A DNA stretch of 64,000 nt from an uncultured Acidobacteriota bacterium. GTDB lineage: Bacteria > Acidobacteriota > Thermoanaerobaculia > UBA5066 > Gp7-AA6. Below are positions 39,799-46,737 of this stretch, piece after piece (positions within the stretch are counted from its first letter, which is position 1; each line of letters opens with the position of its first letter). The notes below the pieces were generated by a model that was not told the origin of the DNA, did no database searches, and saw only the letters and a list, made by a program, of their open reading frames with translations. Where the stretch lies: positions 84,169-148,168 of the forward strand of contig CAVULG010000009.1 of NCBI GenBank assembly GCA_963742245.1, in the 5' to 3' direction. Made by a program: the position numbers and the translations under genes.

Positions 39799-40379
39799 TG
39801 CGAACTCTGGGAATCATCGCCGTGATCGCGATCGGGATCGGAGTGGCCGTCGCCTTCGCGCGAAGCCCCGAACCGCAGTCGGCCTCTGCGTCCTCTGCGT
39901 CGGCCGGCTCGCCGGCGCCGCGCTGGACGGGGACCTTCGTAAAGCCTTCCGAGGAGGAGCTGAAGAAGCGGCTGACTGCCCTTCAATACCAGGTCACCCA
40001 GCACGAGGGAACCGAGCGCGCGTTTGCCAACACGTACTGGGACGAGAAGCGGCCCGGGATCTACGTCGACATCGTCTCGGGCGAGGTGCTCTTCTCGTCA
40101 CTCGAGAAGTACGACTCGGGTACGGGCTGGCCGAGCTTCTGGAAGCCGCTGGAGGCCGAGAACGTCAAGCGCGGCGCCAACCTCGGGTCTTTTCTCGGAA
40201 CGTGGGCGGAGGTCCGCTCCGCGCATGCCGACTCGCACCTGGGTCACGTCTTCTCCGACGGCCCGGCGCCGACGGGCCTGCGCTACTGCATGAACTCCGC
40301 GGCGATGTGGTTCATACCGGTGGAGGATCTGGAGAAGGCGGGCTACGGCCAGTACGCGGTTCTGTTTACGAAGAAGTAG
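39798..40379 (+). CDS. msrB: peptide-methionine (R)-S-oxide reductase, membrane-anchored
   Basis: ATG 39798 overlaps the msrA stop (TGATG). N-terminal TM helix, GTGWPSF, and RYCMNS catalytic Cys. The zinc CxxC pairs are absent. Confidence 0.85.
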   Translation: MRTLGIIAVIAIGIGVAVAFARSPEPQSASASSASAGSPAPRWTGTFVKPSEEELKKRLTALQYQVTQHEGTERAFANTYWDEKRPGIYVDIVSGEVLFSSLEKYDSGTGWPSFWKPLEAENVKRGANLGSFLGTWAEVRSAHADSHLGHVFSDGPAPTGLRYCMNSAAMWFIPVEDLEKAGYGQYAVLFTKK

Positions 40380-40389
40380 CCGCGAAAAA

Positions 40390-40521
40390 GGGGCCGGCGG
40401 CATCTCCCTGCGTCGGCACGCGGCGGCCGTCCTCTGGCGGAACTGCCGGCCGCCGCTGACGACCACGAGGCAGACAGGCAGTAGGGAACGCCGCGCGAAG
40501 CGCGGCGGTACCGCGTCGGCC
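40390..40521 (+). repeat. ~130-nt GC-rich structured repeat (MITE-like), copy A
   Basis: It aligns by eye at roughly 85-90% with the reverse complement of 49369-49508. Internal hairpins are GCGGCGGCCG...CGGCCGCCGC (40420-40456) and GCCGCGC-GAAG-CGCGGC (40490-40506). Confidence 0.8.
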
Positions 40522-40554
40522 CACTTACTGTGTGGCCAAGGACGCAGGTCGGTG

Positions 40555-40725
40555 TGGGCCGCCGCAGATCACCTCCTCCGGGAGACGCCGCCGGCCCGGC
40601 CTCAACGCGGTTCGGGCGGCCGCGCCCCAGAAAAAGAAGGGTGTAGGGGCGGGGGTGGTCGCCGTCCTGTCGGACGGCGCCTCCTACTGCCGAGGGTTTG
40701 CCGTTGGTGGGCGGACGGTCCCCGC
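40555..40725 (-). repeat. partial/diverged copies of the same repeat family
   Basis: GGGAGACGCCGCCGGCCC (40580-40597) is the inverted match of the copy A 5' end. CCTCCTACTGCCGAGGGTTTGC...GGTGG (about 40677-40712) resembles the central part of copy B. Confidence 0.55.
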
Positions 40726-40735
40726 CCTCCCTCCT

Positions 40736-41635
40736 CTACGGTGCGAGCCCCGGCTCGTAGTACATGAGGAACTCCAGGAACTTGATCGCCTCGATCATGT
40801 CCTTGCCGCGGAACCGGATCGCGTGCGCGTCGGTGCGCTCGACGATCGGGAGATAGGCGAGGACCTCGGACGGCCGGTAGTTCTTGAAGCGCACGTCGAG
40901 GACGACGGGCGGGGCGACCACGTAGGGTTTGAAGCTCGAGAGCCGTCCGAGCGCCGTCTTCGCCGCCTCGCGGATCTTGTCGCAGCTCGCTTCGGGGGTG
41001 AGCGTGCGCGCGGAGTGAAAACCATAGTTCCACTTGACGACGGCGCCCTCGATCGGCCCCAGCAGCGCCTGCGCCTCCTTGACCGCCGCGTCGTCGCCCG
41101 TGATCAGCGCGACGGGCACCTTGAAGTGCCCCGCGACCGCAGCGTCGAGGCCCGCCTCCGGAACGGAGACGCCGTTCAGGCGCACGTCCGCGAGGTTGGC
41201 GGACGACATCGTGTGCGCCCGGACTCCCTCGGTCGCCGTGGTCGAGGAATGGAACCCGACGAAGAGCACGGCGTCGAAGGAGGCGTCGATCCCCTGCATC
41301 ATCGCGAGGGGCCGCGGCCACGAGCGGACGATCTGGACGTCCTTCGGGAAGCGCTCGATCAGGAGGTTCTGTCCGTTCCCGTGCGAGTCCGCGACCAGGA
41401 TCTCGGTCGCGCCGGCGGCCCGCGCGCCTTCGATCGCGGCGAGCACCTCGTTGGTCATGAAGCCGCGGAACCGCTCGTACTCGAAGCCCGGGGGTCCGAG
41501 CTGTTCGCCGCTCACGACGCCGGCGATGCCTTCCATGTCGGCGGCGATGAAAACCTTGAGCTTCCTCGGCTGCGCGAGCGCTGGAAAAGCGAGAAGGAAC
41601 GCGAGCGCGGGAAGGAACCGGGCGCCGCGCCTCAC
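40736..41635 (-). CDS. M55-family D-aminopeptidase (DppA-like), exported
   Basis: GTG 41635 lies inside ORF 40736..42514. Signal peptide, then VFIAADMEGIAGV and ADSHGNG motifs. Confidence 0.8.
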   Translation of the reverse strand: MRRGARFLPALAFLLAFPALAQPRKLKVFIAADMEGIAGVVSGEQLGPPGFEYERFRGFMTNEVLAAIEGARAAGATEILVADSHGNGQNLLIERFPKDVQIVRSWPRPLAMMQGIDASFDAVLFVGFHSSTTATEGVRAHTMSSANLADVRLNGVSVPEAGLDAAVAGHFKVPVALITGDDAAVKEAQALLGPIEGAVVKWNYGFHSARTLTPEASCDKIREAAKTALGRLSSFKPYVVAPPVVLDVRFKNYRPSEVLAYLPIVERTDAHAIRFRGKDMIEAIKFLEFLMYYEPGLAP

Positions 41636-42441
41636 AGCCCGCCGCCCGTCGCCGGGGCTTCCGTCTTCGCCCCCTTCGGCATCGCGAAGCGCGAATCGTC
41701 GATCGTCACGTCGAGCTCGATCTTGTCGAACACGAGCGACTGCGTCTCCTCCACGTCGGGCGTGGACGCCGAGTACGAGTGCGGCAGCATGAGACCGCCG
41801 ACCTTGCGGTAGTCGCCGATCCGGCTCTTGATCTCGATGGGCCGTCCGTCGACGCTCCGGCGCGACACCGTCAGAACCTGGAGGTATGTCTTCGCGTCGA
41901 GGTACAGATCGCGCGACTCGCCGTTCTTGCGCGTGATGCGCAGGCGCCAGGCTTCGATCGCGCGGCCGCCTTCGCCCTCGCCCTCGAGCGTTTCCTTGCC
42001 GACGAGCTCGATCGTGTTGCCCTTGGCCAGGGCGTCGACGAGCGGTCCGTCCATGTCGGCCTGCATCTCGATGTCGCGGGTCTCGGCATCGGTCATGATC
42101 CGCGGCTCGACCTGCCCCGCGAACGGCATCACGGCCCAGGCCGTTTTTCCGTCGAACGCCTGGATGGCCATTTGGCCGTCGAGCGTGAACTCCCAGCGCG
42201 CTTTGGCAGGACGCTTGAGCTCCAGCACGGTCGGCAGCTTGTCCTGCCCCAGCCGCATCGCCCCCGTCATGCGCATCGATTGAACGGCCTGGATCTTCTC
42301 CAGGCCGCCGCGCGCCTCGAGGTTCTTTGCCACGAGCTCCTCGGCGGTGGGGGTCTGTTCGGCCGCGAGGGCCGCGGCAAGTCCGAGGGCCGCAGCGAGT
42401 CCGAGGGCCGGCACGGGCAAACCGCGCATCGTTTTGTTCAT
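41632..42441 (-). CDS. LolA-like outer-membrane lipoprotein-sorting family protein (tentative)
   Basis: Signal peptide, a roughly 240-aa beta-rich sequence, and an N-terminal AEELVAKNLEARGG motif typical of this family. Confidence 0.5.
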   Translation of the reverse strand: MNKTMRGLPVPALGLAAALGLAAALAAEQTPTAEELVAKNLEARGGLEKIQAVQSMRMTGAMRLGQDKLPTVLELKRPAKARWEFTLDGQMAIQAFDGKTAWAVMPFAGQVEPRIMTDAETRDIEMQADMDGPLVDALAKGNTIELVGKETLEGEGEGGRAIEAWRLRITRKNGESRDLYLDAKTYLQVLTVSRRSVDGRPIEIKSRIGDYRKVGGLMLPHSYSASTPDVEETQSLVFDKIELDVTIDDSRFAMPKGAKTEAPATGGGL

Positions 42442-42492
42442 TCCACGCTCCCGTTCGGCGCGACTCTAACCCAGGCCCCCCGGCCGAGGGTG

Positions 42493-42525
42493 TATATAGA
42501 GCCCCACCAAACACTCGGAGGGAGG
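42493..42525 (+). promoter_or_regulatory. putative promoter -10 (TATATA) and Shine-Dalgarno (GGAGGGAGG) of the RyR/4TM/TIR operon
   Basis: An AT-rich hexamer at 42493-42498 stands out in GC-rich DNA. The Shine-Dalgarno at 42517-42525 lies before GTG 42531. Confidence 0.4.
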
Positions 42526-42530
42526 CGCGC

Positions 42531-42818
42531 GTGGTCTACAAGCCCTCGCCCCGCGACACTTCGGGCGTCCGCCTGCCTCGCGAGATCGCCGAGCTGACGG
42601 AGCTGCTCGCGAGGAACACGCACGAGAACTGGGCGCGCCAGCGCATCGCCGAAGGCTGGCGCCACGGCCCGCAGCGCGACGACGCGAAGAAGGAGCACCC
42701 TTCGCTCGTTCCCTACGAAGAGCTGCCCGAGTCCGAGAAGGAATACGACCGCACGACCGCGATGGAATCGATCAAGACGATCCTCGCGCTGGGATACCGG
42801 ATCGAGAAGAAGTCGTGA
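42531..42818 (+). CDS. stand-alone RyR-domain protein
   Basis: GTG 42531 lies 6 nt after GGAGGGAGG. 95 aa. IAELTELLARNTHENWARQRIAEGWRHGPQRDDAKKEHPSLVPYEELPESEKEYDRTTAMESIKTILALGY matches the RyR (PF02026-type) repeat pattern. Confidence 0.85.
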   Translation: MVYKPSPRDTSGVRLPREIAELTELLARNTHENWARQRIAEGWRHGPQRDDAKKEHPSLVPYEELPESEKEYDRTTAMESIKTILALGYRIEKKS

Positions 42819-43933
42819 GCGCCGCCGACGCGCCGCGCAAGCCCGACACGGCCGAGCGCGACGACGACATGCACGACCCGACCGATCGGGGCAAGGCGTT
42901 TCCGCTGGGTCCCTTCCTGCGCCTCTGCGATCCGTACGACGGGAAGAAGGGGCCCGAGCCGTGCCTGCGCACGGACTTCGATGACGCGGACCGGCGCGCG
43001 GCCGGAGGTCAGGGTGCGCACAGTTTTCTCGTGGTCGCATCGGTGCTCTGCGGTCTGACCGCGATTTTCTGGGGACTCGGGTCGCAGCTGCGTCGGCCGT
43101 GGCCTCCCTCCCCCGACGAAGTGCACGGTGGCGCGGGTTGGTGGTTCGAGGCGGGATTGACCGGTCTGGCTTTGATCCTCGTGCTCTGGACCCTGATTCG
43201 CGCGACCCAGAAAACGTGGCTGATCGAGCGATACAAGGCCGAGCACCTGCGCCTCATCAAGTTCCGGCTTCTCATCGAGCCGTCCCTCTGGAACGGCGAC
43301 GTCAAAGACATGCAGGACCTGCAACACGATCTGGAGACGCGGCGCGCGAAAGTCGCCCATGCCCCGCACAAGCTGCTCGAAGCGCTCGCGCACAGCGATG
43401 CCCTTCCCGATCTCCCGTCGACCGAGTCCTGCCGCCGCGTCGATCTCGTACAGCTCCAACGGCTCCTCGATTACTACCGGCGCAAGCGCCTCGACTTTCA
43501 GCTGCGGTATTTCGAACGGAAGATGGGCGAGAAGCTGTCGTGGCTCGACAACAGTCTCTGGCAACCGGTCTTCTTTTTCGTCGCGATCGGACTGAGCGCC
43601 TTCAATCTCATGCTCGAGAGTCCGTGGAGCCAGCCCTCCAACGCAGCGATCGTGCGGGTTCTGGTGTTCGGATCCCTGGCGGTGCCCTTCGGTTGGGCCG
43701 CCATCCGAACGCTTCGGGGCGCACACGAGCGTGTCCGCAACCAGGCGCGCTCCCACGCCCGGTACGACTCGCTCGCGGAGATTCGCCGCAGCCTCGACGC
43801 CGAGGTCGCCCGGGACGCCGAGCATCTCGACCCGACCAAGATCTTCGGCTACCTCTACCTCTGCGAGGGCCTCCTCGCGGCCGACCAGCACGAGTGGCTG
43901 CGGCTGATGACCGAGGCCGAGGCGTATGGCTGA
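42815..43933 (+). CDS. 4-TM protein with two SLATT-like 2TM modules
   Basis: The GTG start overlaps the RyR stop (GTGA). TM pairs lie at about aa 68-129 and 250-299. Each pair is followed by an amphipathic helix. The segment QLRYFERKMGEKLSWLDN precedes the second TM pair, as in SLATT/DUF4231 proteins. Confidence 0.6.
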   Translation: MSAADAPRKPDTAERDDDMHDPTDRGKAFPLGPFLRLCDPYDGKKGPEPCLRTDFDDADRRAAGGQGAHSFLVVASVLCGLTAIFWGLGSQLRRPWPPSPDEVHGGAGWWFEAGLTGLALILVLWTLIRATQKTWLIERYKAEHLRLIKFRLLIEPSLWNGDVKDMQDLQHDLETRRAKVAHAPHKLLEALAHSDALPDLPSTESCRRVDLVQLQRLLDYYRRKRLDFQLRYFERKMGEKLSWLDNSLWQPVFFFVAIGLSAFNLMLESPWSQPSNAAIVRVLVFGSLAVPFGWAAIRTLRGAHERVRNQARSHARYDSLAEIRRSLDAEVARDAEHLDPTKIFGYLYLCEGLLAADQHEWLRLMTEAEAYG

Positions 43934-44870
43934 CGTCTTCATCTCTTACGCGCACCAGGACGGCGAGATCGTCCGGGAGCTCTCGCCCGCGCTCGAGGCC
44001 GCCGGCTACACGACCTGGTACTACGAGGACAAAGGCGCCGTCGGCGCCTCTTATCTCCTGCAGATCGACCAGGAGATCGAGCGCTGCCACGCCGTCGTCG
44101 TCGTCATCTCTCCGGACTCGGTCGGCTCGGACCAGGTTTCCAAGGAAGTCATCCGCGCGCACGAGTCGCGCAAGAAGTTCATCCCCGTCCGCCACGGCCT
44201 CACGCACGACGAGTTCCAGCGGCGGCAGCCCGAGTGGCGGATGGCGTTCGGCGCCGCCGTCTCCGCGGAAGTCCCGCCCGAGGGCGCGCGCGCGATGGCG
44301 GGACGAATCGTCGCCGGGTTGAAGAAGCTCGGCGTGGAGCCGGGCGGCCCGCCCGCCCTGCCGTCCTCGCCGCTGCGGCGGCTCTCGCGCGGCGCGATCA
44401 AAGGCCTGCCGGCGACCGACACGGGTCTCGGAGGCATCGTGGCCGGAATCGTCGGCCTGCTCGGGATTCCGTGGGCGCTCTTCTATCTCCTGAAGGCTCT
44501 GACGCCGCCGGAGGGAACGGCCGGAGGTTTCGTCCTGTCCACGTTTCCGGGTTTTCGGACCGCGACGATCCTGCTGAATCTCGCGGGCCTCGCCCAGAAC
44601 GCGCTCCTGCTCTATGGAGCCTGGCTGCTGCGCCGCAAGGACGCCCGCGGCGCGCCGCTTCTGAAGAAGGTCTCCGTCTCGATGCTCGCGACCGTCGGGC
44701 TCTGGCTGCTGGTGTCGCTCGCGTCCTTCACGGGCGAGAGCGCGCGACGCGCCATTCCAGATGCCAACTCGCGCAGCGGTCTCGTCGTGGCGACGATCGT
44801 GGCCGGAATGATCGCTCTCGTTCCGTCGGGCCTCGTCTTCGGCCTCTTCCGCAACGCCGGCAAGCGCTAA
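43926..44870 (+). CDS. TIR domain protein fused to 4-5 C-terminal TM helices
   Basis: The ATG overlaps the upstream stop by 8 nt. DVFISYAHQD beta-A strand, and VVVISPDSVGSDQVSKEV with the conserved Glu (E74). The region from aa 165-310 is hydrophobic. Confidence 0.85.
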   Translation: MADVFISYAHQDGEIVRELSPALEAAGYTTWYYEDKGAVGASYLLQIDQEIERCHAVVVVISPDSVGSDQVSKEVIRAHESRKKFIPVRHGLTHDEFQRRQPEWRMAFGAAVSAEVPPEGARAMAGRIVAGLKKLGVEPGGPPALPSSPLRRLSRGAIKGLPATDTGLGGIVAGIVGLLGIPWALFYLLKALTPPEGTAGGFVLSTFPGFRTATILLNLAGLAQNALLLYGAWLLRRKDARGAPLLKKVSVSMLATVGLWLLVSLASFTGESARRAIPDANSRSGLVVATIVAGMIALVPSGLVFGLFRNAGKR

Positions 44871-44895
44871 GAGCTAAGGATAGTCTTCCGTCCGC

Positions 44896-46005
44896 ATGCA
44901 ACGGATCGAAGACCTCCCGACGCCCTCGGTCCTCGTCGACCTCGACATTCTCGAGCGCAACGTCCGCGCGATGCAGGATCGGGCGCGGGAGGCCGGCGTG
45001 AAGCTGCGGCCCCACGCGAAGACCCACAAGTCCCCGGAAGTCGCGCGCCTGCAGCTTTCGGCGGGGGCGAGCGGGCTCACCCTCGCGAAGACGTCGGAGG
45101 CGGAGGTGTTCGCGGCTCTCGGCTTCGACGACATCTTCCTCGGCTATCCCATATTCGGCGCGGACAAGGCGCGCCGCCTCCTGGCTCTGGCGGACCGAAT
45201 CGCCTTGACCGTCGGAGTCGACAGCGAGGAGGGCGCACGGAGTCTCGGCGCCGTCTTCCACGCCGCCGGACGCCGGCTGCCCGTGCGCCTCAAGATCGAC
45301 TGCGGCTATCACCGCGTCGGCGTCGCGCCGGAGGCCGCCGTCGGGATCGCCCGACGCGTCGCGGAGATACCGGGCATTGCGTTTTCCGGTGTCTTCACTC
45401 ACGGCGGGCAGGGATACGCCGGCAGAACTCCGGAAGAGGTCGCCGAGGCCGGTCACATCGAGGGCCGCGTGGTCGCCGAATCCGCCGACGCGATCCGCTC
45501 CGCCGGGCTTCCGGTCGAGGAGGTGTCGCTCGGCTCGACACCCACCGTGCGCTCGGCGCTCGGAGAGAGCGGCATCACCGAGTGCCGTCCGGGCACCTAC
45601 GTGTACAACGACTTTTCCCAGGCCACGCTCGGCAGCTGCGGTCTCGAGGACTGCGCCATGACGGTCGTCGCCACCGTCGTCAGCGTGCCGGCCGCGGACC
45701 GCGCCGTGTGCGACGCGGGTTCGAAGACGCTTTCGACCGATCCGCTGCGCCCCACGGGCGCGGGGCACGGGGCGATTCTCGGCGAGGGCACGGCCAATCT
45801 GCGCAAGAGCCGGATCGCGAAGCTCTCGGAGGAGCACGGCGTGATCGCCGTCGAGCCCGGCGAGTCCTTTCGCGTCGGCGAGCGCATCCGCATTCTTCCC
45901 AACCACGCCTGCATCGTTTCCAACCTCCACGACCGTCTGGTCGCGGTCCGCGGCGGACAGGTCGAGGGCGTCATCACGGTCGCCGCGCGCGGCTGCGTGC
46001 AGTAG
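44896..46005 (+). CDS. D-TA-family PLP enzyme (D-threonine aldolase/D-serine dehydratase-like, alanine racemase N-domain fold)
   Basis: The PHAKTHK PLP-lysine motif and a C-terminal HACIV...L pattern. 369 aa. Confidence 0.75.
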   Translation: MQRIEDLPTPSVLVDLDILERNVRAMQDRAREAGVKLRPHAKTHKSPEVARLQLSAGASGLTLAKTSEAEVFAALGFDDIFLGYPIFGADKARRLLALADRIALTVGVDSEEGARSLGAVFHAAGRRLPVRLKIDCGYHRVGVAPEAAVGIARRVAEIPGIAFSGVFTHGGQGYAGRTPEEVAEAGHIEGRVVAESADAIRSAGLPVEEVSLGSTPTVRSALGESGITECRPGTYVYNDFSQATLGSCGLEDCAMTVVATVVSVPAADRAVCDAGSKTLSTDPLRPTGAGHGAILGEGTANLRKSRIAKLSEEHGVIAVEPGESFRVGERIRILPNHACIVSNLHDRLVAVRGGQVEGVITVAARGCVQ

Positions 46006-46067
46006 AAAAACCGGAACCGAGAACCCGCGACCTCGCGTAGTTCTTCCGTACAGCGAAAGGACCCCCG

Positions 46068-46706
46068 ATGCCGACCATGTCCATGTCCCGCAGATCCCGC
46101 TTCCTTCCGGCGATCCCGCTCGTGGCCGCGTTCCTGGTCCCCTCGGAGTCCGCCACGGCCGCCGACGCCTGGACCGTCGACAAGGCGCACTCGGACGCGA
46201 GCTTCACGATCCGCCACTTCACCTCGAAGGTCCGCGGGGGTTTCACGGACTTCGAAGGCGTGATCCAGGCCGACGCCGCCAAGCCCGACCTCTCTTCCGT
46301 CGCCTTCACGATGAAGACCGCCTCCATCGATACCAACAACGCCGACCGGGACAAGCACCTTCAGTCGCCCGACTTCTTCGACGCCACGAAGTGCCCGGAC
46401 ATCTCGTTCAAGAGCTCGAAGATCACCTCGACCGGGAAGGACAAGTACGACGTCGCGGGCACGCTGACGATGCGCTGCGTCGCCAGGCCCGTGACCGTGC
46501 CGGTGACCTTCACGGGCTTCGTCAAGGACCCGTGGGGCAACGAGCGGGCGGGCTTCGAGATCGCGACGAAGCTGAACCGAAAGGACTTCGGCATCGACTG
46601 GAACAAGGCCCTCGACGCCGGCGGGTTCATCCTGTCGGACGACGTGGACGTCTCGATCAACATCGAGGCGGTCAAGAAGAAGCCCGAGGCCGCGCCGGCC
46701 AAGTGA
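46068..46706 (+). CDS. YceI-family periplasmic polyisoprenoid-binding protein
   Basis: Signal peptide, W-x-VD-x-AHS, RDKHLQSPDFFD, and GTLTMRCV...V motifs. Confidence 0.85.
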   Translation: MPTMSMSRRSRFLPAIPLVAAFLVPSESATAADAWTVDKAHSDASFTIRHFTSKVRGGFTDFEGVIQADAAKPDLSSVAFTMKTASIDTNNADRDKHLQSPDFFDATKCPDISFKSSKITSTGKDKYDVAGTLTMRCVARPVTVPVTFTGFVKDPWGNERAGFEIATKLNRKDFGIDWNKALDAGGFILSDDVDVSINIEAVKKKPEAAPAK

Positions 46707-46737
46707 GCCGGCGCCCGGACGGACTAAGATTCGCGCC

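Noticed and set aside
40380-40735. tRNA, riboswitch or small RNA gene in the large intergenic gap
   Set aside because: No cloverleaf or known riboswitch consensus is recognisable. The region is explained by copies of a dispersed repeat. A structured ncRNA cannot be excluded without a covariance search.
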